From an uncultured Rhodothermaceae bacterium (GTDB taxonomy: Bacteria > Bacteroidota > Rhodothermia > Rhodothermales > DASSAV01), in contig CBDTTW010000002.1 in the NCBI GenBank assembly GCA_965363675.1, forward strand, positions 1 through 42,920: a stretch of DNA of 42,920 nucleotides, given 5' to 3'. Under the pieces are notes generated by a model. The model ran no database searches. It was given only the letters and a program-made list of their open reading frames with translations, and was not told the origin of the DNA. Below are positions 1 to 9,249 of this stretch, piece by piece. Within the stretch, counting starts at the first letter, position 1; each line of letters starts with the position of its first letter. The position numbers and the translations under genes were made by a program.

Positions 1-1
1 G

Positions 2-253
2 GCGGCGCATGCGGCGGCCTTCGAGGCGGCGGGCTTCCGCATCGTGCACGTCTCGGCGCAGGGCGGCGGCAACGCCGGCGGCGAGCCGCTCGCGCCGGCC
101 GCCGCCGCCGAGCTGCGCGCCCGTTTCGGCGTCGGAGCGGACCAGTTCCGCCTCGTGCTGCTGCGCGCGGACGGCACGGAGATCCGCCGCGCCGATACGC
201 CGCTGCTCACCGAGGTGATTTTGAAGGAGCTTTCGGCGCCTGCCCTCGGATAA
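2..253 (+). CDS. DUF4174-like protein, C-terminal fragment (5' end lies outside the window)
   Basis: The frame of the 44..253 ORF stays open back to nt 2. The tail (...AELRARFGVGADQFRLVLLRADGTEIRRADTPLL...) resembles the C-terminal block of DUF4174 proteins. GC3 is high. Confidence 0.45.
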   Translation, partial: AAHAAAFEAAGFRIVHVSAQGGGNAGGEPLAPAAAAELRARFGVGADQFRLVLLRADGTEIRRADTPLLTEVILKELSAPALG

Positions 254-265
254 CCGCAACGCGCT

Positions 266-1420
266 ATGGCCCGCCGACCCCGCCGCCTGCTCCGTAAGGG
301 ACTGCACCGCCTGCTCTACACCGCCGAGCCTTTCGCCGAAGGGCTCACGCGGCGCGCCCGCCGCGTCGTGCACGGCGAGCGGCCCCCCTATGTAGCTCCG
401 TACTACGGCTACGCGACCGAGTCGCGGGTGTTCATCAAGGCGCGGGTGCTGCGCGGGCGCCCCGTGCGGCCCTCCACGGCCGAGGATCAGCTTTGGCGCA
501 ACGTGCGCGCCATGACCGGCCGCTTCCTGAGCGACGAGGCGCCGGGCGTCGAGGTGGACGTAACGTTCATCGACCCGGAAGGACTCGCCACGACGACGGC
601 GCGGATGGTCTCTGACGAGGAAGGCTACCTCGACGGCTCGTTCGCGCTGCGCGCGCCTCTGGCCGGCGGGCGCGCCGTCTTTGAGGTGCGCTACGACATT
701 GCCGGCGGCGCGACCACGACGGGCAAGGCGCTCGCCCCGCCCGTCGGCTCCGACTTTATCGTCGTCAGCGACATCGACGACACGGTGCTGCGAACCGGGG
801 CCACCCGCAAGCTTGCCATGTTCCGCGAAACCGTGACGCGCAACGCCTGGACGCGTCTGCCCTTCGAGGGCGTCGCGGCGTTCTACCGCTCGTTGCAGGG
901 CGGCCCGAGCGGCAGCGCGCACAACCCTATCTTCTACCTGAGCAGCAGCCCCTGGAATCTGTACGACTTTCTGGCGCAGTTCTTCAGTGTGCACGGCATC
1001 CCCGAGGGGCCGATTCTGCTGCGCGACCTCGGCATCGACCGCGAGAAGTTCATCTCCGCCGGGCACCAGGCCCACAAGCTCACATACATCGAGCACCTGC
1101 TGGACGTGTACCCCGAGCGGCCGTTCATCCTCGTCGGCGACAGCGGCCAGGACGACCCGTACATCTACCGCGAGGCTGTGCGACGTCGCCCGGGGCGCAT
1201 CCGGGCCATCTACATCCGCGATGTGCTCGTCGGGCGCAAGCGCGCGGAGGTGCTGGCGATTGCGGACGAGGTGACGCGCGCCGGCGCCGACATGCTGCTC
1301 GTGGCCGACACCGAGCAGGCGGTCAGGCACGCCGTAGCCGCCGGGCTCGTGGCGCGCGAGGAGATCAAGGAGGTGCAGGCCGACAAGGCCAAGGACGAGG
1401 CGCTCCCCGAGCCTTCCTGA
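266..1420 (+). CDS. App1-family phosphatidate phosphatase-like protein (DUF2183)
   Basis: 384-aa ORF with an HAD-like DxDxT motif (IVVSDIDDTVL) followed by NPIFYLSSSPWNLYDFL and LVGDSGQDDPYIY, the characteristic DUF2183/App1 catalytic-domain blocks. Confidence 0.8.
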   Translation: MARRPRRLLRKGLHRLLYTAEPFAEGLTRRARRVVHGERPPYVAPYYGYATESRVFIKARVLRGRPVRPSTAEDQLWRNVRAMTGRFLSDEAPGVEVDVTFIDPEGLATTTARMVSDEEGYLDGSFALRAPLAGGRAVFEVRYDIAGGATTTGKALAPPVGSDFIVVSDIDDTVLRTGATRKLAMFRETVTRNAWTRLPFEGVAAFYRSLQGGPSGSAHNPIFYLSSSPWNLYDFLAQFFSVHGIPEGPILLRDLGIDREKFISAGHQAHKLTYIEHLLDVYPERPFILVGDSGQDDPYIYREAVRRRPGRIRAIYIRDVLVGRKRAEVLAIADEVTRAGADMLLVADTEQAVRHAVAAGLVAREEIKEVQADKAKDEALPEPS

Positions 1421-1541
1421 GGGCGCCGCATTTTTCCGCACGCGGGCGCTTGAATCGGCGCGGCGGCGGCCGATACACGGGATAACCCTGCCGCAGGCGC
1501 TTCCGGCGCCCCGGCGCCACTTTATATCCCGTCAGGCCGTC

Positions 1542-3692
1542 ATGCGTTTTCGCAAGCGTTCCCATCCCGATCAGGGAGGCGCCGGCGCTCCCGAATCGTT
1601 CACGCCGTCGAGCAAGCTTTCCGAGGGCGGCGCGCCGCTGAGCGGTCTTTCCATAGGTTTTCAGCCCTCGATCAGCGTGCAAGGCCGCGAGCCGGAGGTG
1701 TACGCGCCCCCCGGCGACGGGGCGAGCCTGGCCGCTCTGCCGCCTTCCGAAACCGCGCCGCCGCCCGCCGACGACTTTACCCTGGAGCAGTGGCTGGAAG
1801 GCATCGGCCTCGAATGGGATAAGGATCAGGTGTCGCCGACCGTTCGCCCGGACGGCCCCTCCCCGGAGCGCCGCGCCTCAAACTTCTCGCCGCTCGAACT
1901 CCGCGACCGCGTCGTGATCATGCTCCTGTTCAAGGAGCTGGTGCGCGTCGAGCAGGTCGAGCAGGCATGGGTGCGCTGGAAGAAAATGGCCGAGGCCGGC
2001 TCGTCCGAGCCCCTGTGGCGCCTGCTCGCGCAAGAGAAGGGCGTGGAGGCCGAGCGCGTCTATGCCGAGGCTGCCGAAGTCTACGCCTTCAAGCGCGCCG
2101 TCATCTCGACGCGCGCGGCGGCGACCTTCATCAAGGACAACCAGAAGCATTTCACCGAAGGGCAGTGGTTGATGCTGCGGGACAACGGCATCCTGCCGGT
2201 GAGCAAGGAGGCGCAGGGCGGGCGCGGCGAAGAGAAATGGATTTTGGCCGCCAACGACCCTGCCCGCCCCGAGGTGGGGCGCGTCCTCCAGAAGCTCGGC
2301 ATCACGTCCTTCGAGCTGCGCTACCTCAGCGCCGCCGCCGTGCAGGAGATCGCCCGCGAGGCGTTCCCGCGCAAGAACGAGTACATGGACCGTGTCACGG
2401 GCTCGTCGATGGCCTACGACCTCGGCGCTTCCTTCGAGCAGGAGCGCACGCAGCTCATCGACGAGGACGCCCTGGAGGCCGAAATCGGCCGCTCGGCGCT
2501 CATCAACCTGTTCGAGGCTACCCTCGTCGAGGCGGTGCACCAAGGCGCTTCGGACATCCACATTTTTCCTAACCCGGACCGCTGCACCGAAATCCATTTC
2601 CGCGTTGACGGCGAGCTGAAGTGCTGGCACGTCGAGCAGCGCGTGCACCCCGAAGCCTTCCTGGCCGTCGTCAAGGACAACTCGATCAACGTAGACCGCT
2701 TCGAGAAGGACTGCGCCCAGGACGGGTTCATCCAGCGCTGGATCGAGGGCGCCCTGATCCGCTTCCGCGTCTCGGTGCTCCCGATCGCCAGCAGCAACCA
2801 GGATCTGCGCGCCGAAAGCATCGTCATCCGCGTGCTCGACGACCGCAAGGTGGTTACGGACCTCGGCCGCCTCGGTTTTGCCGACCACAACATCAACGTC
2901 TTCCTCGACGCCATCACGCAGCCTTACGGCATGGTCGTCATCACCGGCCCGACGGGCTCCGGCAAAAGCACCACGCTCATCGCCGCCCTCGGGCAGGTCG
3001 TCACGCCGAAGGTGAACGTGCTGACCATCGAGGATCCCGTCGAGTACATGATTCCGGGCGTCCGGCAGATCAAGCTCAACCCCAAGCTCGGCCTCGAAGA
3101 AGCCTTGCGCTCGGTGCTGCGCCACGACCCCGACGTGGTCATGGTCGGCGAGATGCGCGACGCCAAGTCGGCCGACCTGGCCATCAAGCTTTCCAACACA
3201 GGCCACCTGACGTTCTCGACGCTGCACACCAACGACGCCCCGAGCGCCATCAACCGGCTCTACAAGATGGGGATCGAGCCGTTCCTGATCGCCTACACCA
3301 TCAACCTGATCGTGGCGCAGCGCCTCGTGCGCGTTTTGTGCGCGCAGTGCAAGCAGCCCGAGGAGCGCATCGACCCGCTGCTGCTGGAGCGCATGGGCTT
3401 CACGGAGGAGGAAACCGCCGAGGCCGCGTTCTACCGGGCGGGCAATCATAAGGAATGCCCCGTCTGCAAAGGCGCCGGCTACAAGGGCCGCCAGGCGGTG
3501 CTCGAACTGCTCTCGATGACCGACCCCATCCGCCACATCATCCTCATGTCGAAGGATGTGGTGGACGAAGCCGCCATCCGCGTCGAGGCGCGCCGCGCCG
3601 GGATGCTCACGCTCCAGGACTCGGCGCGCGAACTCGTCCGCAGCGGGCGCACCTCACTTGCCGAGATCATGCGCGTCGTCAGCATGAAGTAA
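1542..3692 (+). CDS. GspE/PilB-family type II/IV secretion ATPase with a long Pro/Ser/Ala-rich N-terminal extension
   Basis: Walker A GPTGSGKSTT, Asp box, Walker B DPDVVMVGEMRD, His box TGHLTFSTLHTNDA, and a tetra-Cys cluster CAQCK...CPVCKGAGYKGR. A T2SSE_N-like region precedes the ATPase core. The start is uncertain because no internal Met occurs before about residue 127. Confidence 0.9.
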   Translation: MRFRKRSHPDQGGAGAPESFTPSSKLSEGGAPLSGLSIGFQPSISVQGREPEVYAPPGDGASLAALPPSETAPPPADDFTLEQWLEGIGLEWDKDQVSPTVRPDGPSPERRASNFSPLELRDRVVIMLLFKELVRVEQVEQAWVRWKKMAEAGSSEPLWRLLAQEKGVEAERVYAEAAEVYAFKRAVISTRAAATFIKDNQKHFTEGQWLMLRDNGILPVSKEAQGGRGEEKWILAANDPARPEVGRVLQKLGITSFELRYLSAAAVQEIAREAFPRKNEYMDRVTGSSMAYDLGASFEQERTQLIDEDALEAEIGRSALINLFEATLVEAVHQGASDIHIFPNPDRCTEIHFRVDGELKCWHVEQRVHPEAFLAVVKDNSINVDRFEKDCAQDGFIQRWIEGALIRFRVSVLPIASSNQDLRAESIVIRVLDDRKVVTDLGRLGFADHNINVFLDAITQPYGMVVITGPTGSGKSTTLIAALGQVVTPKVNVLTIEDPVEYMIPGVRQIKLNPKLGLEEALRSVLRHDPDVVMVGEMRDAKSADLAIKLSNTGHLTFSTLHTNDAPSAINRLYKMGIEPFLIAYTINLIVAQRLVRVLCAQCKQPEERIDPLLLERMGFTEEETAEAAFYRAGNHKECPVCKGAGYKGRQAVLELLSMTDPIRHIILMSKDVVDEAAIRVEARRAGMLTLQDSARELVRSGRTSLAEIMRVVSMK

Positions 3693-3748
3693 GCCGCTTC
3701 CGCCTGAAAAGCGGCAAGGGCTGCCGGCGCGGCGCGCCGGCAGCCCTT
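3693..3748. terminator. Bidirectional terminator region between convergent genes (two hairpins)
   Basis: Hairpin 1 is gccgctt(3693-3699)/aagcggc(3709-3715). Hairpin 2 is a perfect 15-bp stem, aagggctgccggcgc(3716-3730)/gcgccggcagccctt(3734-3748). Both sit between the pilB-like stop (3692) and the stop of the minus-strand gene (3784). Confidence 0.6.
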
Positions 3749-3783
3749 GTGCGTTGCTCGGGGGGCCTTGCCGCAGGGGGCGG

Positions 3784-4164
3784 TCAGGATTCCTCGTCCT
3801 CCTCGGTGTCGTCCGCCGGGTCGTCCTCCGCTTCGTCGCCTTCTTCGTCCTCGGCTTCCTCGTCGTCCACGACTTCGTCCTCATCCTCATCCGGGATGTC
3901 GGCGATGACGGGCTCCGGCTCCGGCTCGGCGGGGGGCGCCGCCGGGCGGGCGGCGCGGCGGCGCGGCTCCGGCGGCGCCACGGCTACGTCCTCGGCCAGC
4001 TTGTAGCGGGTGCCGAGGTGATGCTCGCCGTCTTCCACGACGATGCCGTCCTTGATGAGCTGCTTGGCGACGTTGAACGGGCACATCTCATATCCCTTGG
4101 TGGTCATGAAGAAGTTCGCGTTCTTCTTGTTCTTGCTTACCACCAGCACATAACCCCGCGACAT
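3784..4164 (-). CDS. Small hypothetical protein (126 aa): about 57-aa N-terminal globular domain, Pro-rich linker, poly-acidic C-terminal tail
   Basis: This is part of the 3784..4416 ORF. From the ATG at 4164, GC3 is about 90% (genome-like). The 30 codons upstream of it (from ATG 4254) have GC3 of only about 50%, so I place the start at 4164. The tail reads DIPDEDEDEVVDDEEAEDEEGDEAEDDPADDTEEDEES. Confidence 0.6.
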   Translation of the reverse strand: MSRGYVLVVSKNKKNANFFMTTKGYEMCPFNVAKQLIKDGIVVEDGEHHLGTRYKLAEDVAVAPPEPRRRAARPAAPPAEPEPEPVIADIPDEDEDEVVDDEEAEDEEGDEAEDDPADDTEEDEES

Positions 4165-4452
4165 CTTCACTTTCGCATGGGTTACCCATTTATCTTTGGA
4201 GACGGTGGGTCCGACTCGTCGGTCTTGAAAATCGCGGTCGCTTGACGGTTCCATAACGTGTAAAAGAGGGTGGGGTGGAGACTGCCGCAACAACGGAGGA
4301 TCCGGGCTGCTGTTCCGGGCGCATCTCGAATCCTTCGTATTTTTAATTGGCGACCAAGAATGTAGTCCGCCGTCTGCGGTTCTCCAGAACTGCTTTTGCG
4401 CCCGTAATGCATGCATAGATAGTTATAACATAATTCAAATAAGGGAAGGATT

Positions 4453-5571
4453 ATGCTGGACCGGTTGCCGTGGATGGAGGCGCTGCGCACGGGGGCGCCG
4501 GCCGAAAAACTTTGGGGTGCGACGCTGCTGGACTGGCTGCTCTTCGGGGCGGCCCTGGCGCTCGCATGGCCGGCGCTCTCCGCGCTGCACCGCTTCGTGC
4601 GGTGGCGCCTGCGCCTGCGCGCCGAGGGCAGCCCGGCGCCGTTCTACGACTATGCATATGCGCTCGTGCAGCGCACGCGGTGGTTTTTCCTGCTCTTCGT
4701 GGCGTTGCTCATCGCCTCGCTGCTCACGGACGTGCCGGCCGTCCTGGCGCGCGGCCTGGCCTTCGCCTCGGTGCTGGCCCTGCTGGCGCAGATCGGGCTG
4801 TGGGGCAACGCCGCCATCGCGCGCTGGATCGAGCGCTACCGCCGGCGCAAGCTCGACACCGACGCCGGGGCCGTCACGAGCATCAACGCCGTCGGGTGGA
4901 TCGCACGGGCCGGGCTGTGGGCGGTGATCGGGCTGCTGATGCTCGACCACTTCGGGCAGGACGTGACGGCGCTCATCACGGGCCTGGGCATCGGCGGCGT
5001 GGCCGTGGCCCTGGCCGTCCAGAATATCCTCGGCGACTTGTTCGCCTCGCTCTCGATCGTGCTGGACAAGCCGTTCGTCGTCGGGGAGACGCTTGCCGTC
5101 GATACGTTCGTCGGCACGGTCGAGCATGTCGGCCTCAAGACGACGCGCGTGCGCAGCATCTCGGGCGAGCAGGTCATCTTCTCCAACAGCGATTTGCTCA
5201 AGAGCCGCATCCGCAATTACAAGCGCATGAGCGAGCGCCGGGTGCTCTTTACGCTCGACCTGACGTACGACACGCCGCCCGAGAAGATGGCGGCCGCGCC
5301 GGAGATGCTGCGCGCGATCATCGAGGCCGAGGACGGGGTGCGCTTCGACCGCTCGCACTTCCGGGCGCTGGCCGCCTACGCGCTCCAGATCGAGACGGTG
5401 TACTTCGTGCTCACTCCGGATTACCTGCCGTACATGGACGTGCAGCACCGGATCAACCTGGAGATCCTGCGGCGCTTCCATGCGGCCGGGCTGAGCTTTG
5501 CCTTCCCGACGCAGAGCATCCAGTACGCGCCGGCCCCCGGCCCGGAGCCGCGCCCGGCCGAGCAGCCCTAG
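4453..5571 (+). CDS. MscS-family mechanosensitive ion channel
   Basis: N-terminal TM helices followed by the MscS signature region GIGGVAVALAVQNILGDLFASLSIVLDKPFVVGETLAVDTFVGTVEHVGLKTTRVRSISGEQVIFSNSDL. A purine-rich aagggaagga lies just upstream of the ATG. Confidence 0.9.
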   Translation: MLDRLPWMEALRTGAPAEKLWGATLLDWLLFGAALALAWPALSALHRFVRWRLRLRAEGSPAPFYDYAYALVQRTRWFFLLFVALLIASLLTDVPAVLARGLAFASVLALLAQIGLWGNAAIARWIERYRRRKLDTDAGAVTSINAVGWIARAGLWAVIGLLMLDHFGQDVTALITGLGIGGVAVALAVQNILGDLFASLSIVLDKPFVVGETLAVDTFVGTVEHVGLKTTRVRSISGEQVIFSNSDLLKSRIRNYKRMSERRVLFTLDLTYDTPPEKMAAAPEMLRAIIEAEDGVRFDRSHFRALAAYALQIETVYFVLTPDYLPYMDVQHRINLEILRRFHAAGLSFAFPTQSIQYAPAPGPEPRPAEQP

Positions 5572-5580
5572 GGCAGGCCG

Positions 5581-7185
5581 CTACCGGGAGGCAGGCGCGG
5601 CGGCGGCGGAGGCTTTGCGCGGCATAAGGGCCGTGTGCTGCGCCGTGTGGTAGACCACCGAAGCGATGACGGTGGCCGCCTGCTTCAGGTCGCCCGCCGG
5701 CGCGTGGTCGAACACGTCCATGTTCGAGTGGTAGTGCTTGCCGTAGTCGAGCGGGTCCTGGATGAACTGGAAGCCGGGCAGGCCCACCTCGTCGAAGCTG
5801 ATGTGGTCGGTGCTGCCGGTGTTTGCCAGCGAGACGGTGGCCGCCTCCAGGTCGGCGAAGGCTCCGAGCCACGTGCGGAAAAGCAGCGACGCCTCGGGGT
5901 TGCCCTGCGCGTAGATGCCCCGGATGCGCCCGGCGCCGTTGTCGAGGTTATAGTAGGCCGAGAACTGCTCGTAGGCGGGCCGCACGGAGGCGCCCGAGCC
6001 CTCGGTAAAATGCTGCCTGACGTAGGCCCGCGAGCCGTACAGGCCCTGCTCCTCACCGGTCCAGAGCGCCAGCCGGATCGTGCGGCGCGGCCGCAGCGCC
6101 GTCTCGTCGAACAGGCGTTGCAGCATCCGGAAGGCTTCCATCATGACGGCGCAGCCCGCCGCATTGTCCGACGCCCCCGAGCCCGCGTGCCACGAGTCGA
6201 GGTGCGCCCCGAGCATGACGACCTCCTCGGCGACGGACGGGTCGGCGCCGGGGATCTCTGCGACGACGTTGCGCTCCATGGGGTCGTCGTCGATGTAGTC
6301 GGCGTCGAGTTCGATTTCGGCGCGCACGGCGGCGCCGTTCTTGAGCAGGCGGTAAAGGCGGTTGTACTCCTCCTCGGCCAGGCTGATCTGCGGGAGCACG
6401 GCCCCGGCCTCAGGGCTCCACGGCGGCGCGCCCACCAGCCCCGAGGCCGTCTGCTGCGCCGGAACCGAAGCCGCCGCCACGTACACCGTGCCGTAGCCGC
6501 CCTTCTGCGACGAGCGGTCGAGCAGGGCCAGAGGCTGCTCGCCGTAGAGGAAGCGCAGGCGCGCCTGCCGCTGTTCGTACTGGCGCCGGTACGCTTCGCT
6601 GTAGCGGCGCGGGCTCGGCGGCGAGATGGGGGCGTTCGCCAGGCGCAGCAGCTCCTCGGGCGTGCGGCGGCGGAAAAGCGGCTCGGCGGCGGGCGCCATA
6701 GAAAGCGTGTCGTCCACGAGAACGAGTTTGCCCTTCAGGCGCCCCCGGTAGGCTTCGAGCGCCGCCGCGTCGGGGGCGTCCAGCAGCACCACCTCGCGCG
6801 CGGTGCGCTCGGGGATCGGCGCCGACCACGCCTGCGGGTAGGCGATGAGCGGCATCGCCGCCGGCTCCAGGATGTTCAGGTCGAAGCGCCGCAACTGCCA
6901 GCCCCGCCCGAACGGCCCCCACGCCTCGGCGCCGACGCGCGCGGCCCCCCACGCCTTGAGCTGCCGCTGCGCCCACGCGGCGGCGCTGTCGAGGCGCGGC
7001 GAGCCCGTCAGGCGCGGGCCGTACACATCGGTGAGTTGCCGCAGCGTCTCCATGACCTGGCTTTCCTCCAGGCCGTAGCGGCGCAGGTGGCGGTTGGCGA
7101 GCGTATCGACGGTGGCCTGGGCGCGCCCGGGCGTGGGAAGGCTCAGCAGCAGCGTGAGCGTGAGCAGCGCAAAGCGGATCAGCAT
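5581..7185 (-). CDS. Secreted M28-family metallo-aminopeptidase
   Basis: Signal peptide MLIRFALLTLTLLLSLPTPGRAQA. M28 zinc-ligand blocks MLGAHLDSWHAGSGASDNAAGCAVMME, LWTGEEQGLYGS and GSTDHISF. Confidence 0.9.
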   Translation of the reverse strand: MLIRFALLTLTLLLSLPTPGRAQATVDTLANRHLRRYGLEESQVMETLRQLTDVYGPRLTGSPRLDSAAAWAQRQLKAWGAARVGAEAWGPFGRGWQLRRFDLNILEPAAMPLIAYPQAWSAPIPERTAREVVLLDAPDAAALEAYRGRLKGKLVLVDDTLSMAPAAEPLFRRRTPEELLRLANAPISPPSPRRYSEAYRRQYEQRQARLRFLYGEQPLALLDRSSQKGGYGTVYVAAASVPAQQTASGLVGAPPWSPEAGAVLPQISLAEEEYNRLYRLLKNGAAVRAEIELDADYIDDDPMERNVVAEIPGADPSVAEEVVMLGAHLDSWHAGSGASDNAAGCAVMMEAFRMLQRLFDETALRPRRTIRLALWTGEEQGLYGSRAYVRQHFTEGSGASVRPAYEQFSAYYNLDNGAGRIRGIYAQGNPEASLLFRTWLGAFADLEAATVSLANTGSTDHISFDEVGLPGFQFIQDPLDYGKHYHSNMDVFDHAPAGDLKQAATVIASVVYHTAQHTALMPRKASAAAAPASR

Positions 7186-7209
7186 GGCGGCGGTGTCGAA
7201 AGGCGGCGC

Positions 7210-7680
7210 CTACGGCGCGGGAGGCAGCCGCTTCAGGTCAGGCTCGGCGGAAAGGCCGGCGGCGTGCTCGGCTTCCCACGCCTCGAAGGCGCGCAGTTCC
7301 TTCCGGATGGCATTGACGACGGTGACGATCACGACCACGTCGTCGGTGTAGCCGATCACGGCGAACATATCCGGGATCACGTCGAGGGGGTTGAGGAAGT
7401 ATAAGACGGCGGCCAGCGAGAGCAGGAGCGCGCTCCAGGGCATCTGCCGGTAGGCGCCCTCGGACCAGGCGCGCAAGAAGCGCAGCAGCGTGGCGGTATC
7501 CTGGTAGACTTCCTGCAAGGCGCTTTGGCGCCGGAAAAGCTGCTGGTAGGCCCGGTGCACGGTCTTGGCGACGCGCCGGCGCTTCTTGAGCGTGTGCTGG
7601 GCGCTGCGGAGAGCCAGGCGGAAGGCGCTGCTGGCAAGCGGCGCCGAGGAACCAGGCGCGGTGCCGGAATACTTCTCCAT
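7210..7680 (-). CDS. DUF1232 (YkvA-family) membrane protein
   Basis: Conserved block LLYFLNPLDVIPDMFAVIGYTDDVVV. The start is set at the internal ATG (7680, MEKYSG...) because the longer ORF would overlap the upstream M23 gene, which stops at 7742. Confidence 0.8.
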   Translation of the reverse strand: MEKYSGTAPGSSAPLASSAFRLALRSAQHTLKKRRRVAKTVHRAYQQLFRRQSALQEVYQDTATLLRFLRAWSEGAYRQMPWSALLLSLAAVLYFLNPLDVIPDMFAVIGYTDDVVVIVTVVNAIRKELRAFEAWEAEHAAGLSAEPDLKRLPPAP

Positions 7681-7741
7681 AGAAGACGGGCCGTCAGGGG
7701 GCGCCGCCGTACAGCAGCGGGGCCGGCTATGGCGCCGCGCT

Positions 7742-9034
7742 TCAGGAGGGCAGATCCTCCAGCGACGCCGCAGCAAATATACGACGCTTCGGCGTCATTT
7801 CGAGGCGCGGCAGCATCTGGTCGCGGTAGGCGATGAAGTCGGGGCGATACTTCAGCGGGATCGGCGCAGCGGCCGGCAGCTTCTCGGCGCGCGAGTTGAC
7901 CTGCTCGCCGTTCTTCCAGAAGCGGAAGCACACGTGCGGCCCCGTCGCCAGTCCGGTCGCGCCGACGTAGCCGATCACCTCGCCCTGGCGCACCTGCCGG
8001 CCGGGCTTCATGCCGGGGGCGATGCGCGACATGTGCAGGTAGCCGGTGGCGTACACGCGGTCGTGCTCGATCTTGACGTAGTTGCCGTTGTAGCGCTGGA
8101 AGCCCGCCTCCGTAATGCGCCCGTCCGCGACGGCGTAGATCGGGGTGCCTTTGGGCGCCGCGTAGTCCGTGCCGAGATGGGGCTTGTAGCGCTTCTGCAC
8201 CGGGTGGAAGCGGCTCGCGCTGAACTCCGACGTGACGACGGCGTACTTGAGCGGCGACTTCAGGAACGCCGTCTTGAGGCTGCGGCCCTGCTGGTCGTAG
8301 TAGCCGCTCTGGTCCTCGTAGCCGAACTGGAAGGCGTAGAAGTCCTCGCCCTTGTGGTTGAAGCGCACGGCCTTGATGTCGCCGAGGCCGACGGGGGCGC
8401 CGTCGAGGCGGCGCTCCTCGAACACGATGGCGAAGTTGTCGCCTTTTTGCACCTCGTAGAAGTCCACCTGCCAGGCCAGCACGTCCGAGAGCTTGTCGAT
8501 CAGTTCCGGGTCGGCGTCGAGGTCCTTCAGCGCGCTGTAGAACGAGCCCGAGATGTAGCCGCGCAGCTCGCGCACCACGTTTTTGACGGGGCGCTGGCCC
8601 GCGCTCACGCGGAGCGAGTCGCGAAGGTCGAAGACGACGTAATCGACGGGGTTCTGCGCGTAGACGAGGTACTGGAGCCGGTCGCCCCGGGAGTAGGCTC
8701 GGAGCTGCTTGCCTTCCTGAAGGGTGCGCACGTCAAAGACGGGGGCGGCGGCTTCGGCCAGGCGCTGCGCGGCGGCGGCGTCCACGTGGTAGCCGGCGAG
8801 GATGCGGCTGAAGGTTTCGTGGCGAGCAATCGGGCGCGCTTCGGTGGTGAGGCCGTTGGTGCGCAGGCCGTACTCGTCGATGAGGTCCACCGCGGGCGCC
8901 GGGCGGGGCAGGCGGGCCGTCTGAGCGGTGCGCGTCAGGTCGGCGTTCTGGAGAAGATGGAAACCGCCGAGGGGCAGCAGCACGCAGAGGCAGAGCGCGC
9001 GGAAAGCGATTGCCCGGGAGGAGGGTCGAACCAT
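7742..9034 (-). CDS. M23-family metallopeptidase (murein DD-endopeptidase-like)
   Basis: N-terminal signal/anchor. C-terminal M23 motifs HLGTDYAAPKGTPIYAVADG ... YLHMSRI ... GYVGATGLATGPHVCF (HxxxD and HxH-type ligands). Confidence 0.9.
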   Translation of the reverse strand: MVRPSSRAIAFRALCLCVLLPLGGFHLLQNADLTRTAQTARLPRPAPAVDLIDEYGLRTNGLTTEARPIARHETFSRILAGYHVDAAAAQRLAEAAAPVFDVRTLQEGKQLRAYSRGDRLQYLVYAQNPVDYVVFDLRDSLRVSAGQRPVKNVVRELRGYISGSFYSALKDLDADPELIDKLSDVLAWQVDFYEVQKGDNFAIVFEERRLDGAPVGLGDIKAVRFNHKGEDFYAFQFGYEDQSGYYDQQGRSLKTAFLKSPLKYAVVTSEFSASRFHPVQKRYKPHLGTDYAAPKGTPIYAVADGRITEAGFQRYNGNYVKIEHDRVYATGYLHMSRIAPGMKPGRQVRQGEVIGYVGATGLATGPHVCFRFWKNGEQVNSRAEKLPAAAPIPLKYRPDFIAYRDQMLPRLEMTPKRRIFAAASLEDLPS

Positions 9035-9249
9035 GAGCCGGCTGAGTCAGATCGTGAGGGAAACGGTCTGGGTGCAGCCTTGCTCTCCATCAGGCTTTCG
9101 CGTCGCTTAAAGCCGCGCGCATCCGGAAGCAGGCTTCCTGGAGGCCGCGCGGGCCGTAGGCGGTGCGAAGGCCGGCCGATACCTGCGGCCGTGGGGGCGT
9201 ATGCCTAAGGTCTGCACACGCACTGCGCAACGATTGCACAGGCGCCGCG

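Noticed and set aside
1878-3536. 552-aa minus-strand ORF antisense to the PilB-like ATPase
   Set aside because: Arg/Ala/Gly/Asp-rich composition typical of antisense frames in high-GC DNA. The plus strand carries complete Walker A/B, Asp-box and His-box motifs.
4165-4416. Longer versions of the acidic-tail protein starting at ATG 4416 or ATG 4254
   Set aside because: Third-position GC drops to about 50% upstream of ATG 4164, against about 90% downstream, and the extra residues have no features. This stretch is treated as 5' UTR, with moderate certainty only.
9021-9034. GGTTCGA(C) tRNA T-loop-like string on the minus strand
   Set aside because: It is the first codons of the M23 peptidase (ATG GTT CGA CCC). 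No complementary T-stem or acceptor arm flanks it.
9107-9165. Hairpin containing CCGGAAGCAGG, superficially like the SRP (4.5S) RNA domain IV
   Set aside because: It lacks the conserved symmetric/asymmetric loop sequences (AGCAGCC / GGUCAGGUCC context) and the GNRA tetraloop geometry. The similarity is a short GC-rich coincidence.
5635-9208. Long plus-strand ORFs 5635..7404 (589 aa) and 7565..9208 (547 aa)
   Set aside because: They are antisense to the clearly motif-bearing M28, DUF1232 and M23 genes. They have Arg/Gly/Val-rich junk composition and no signal peptides or motifs.
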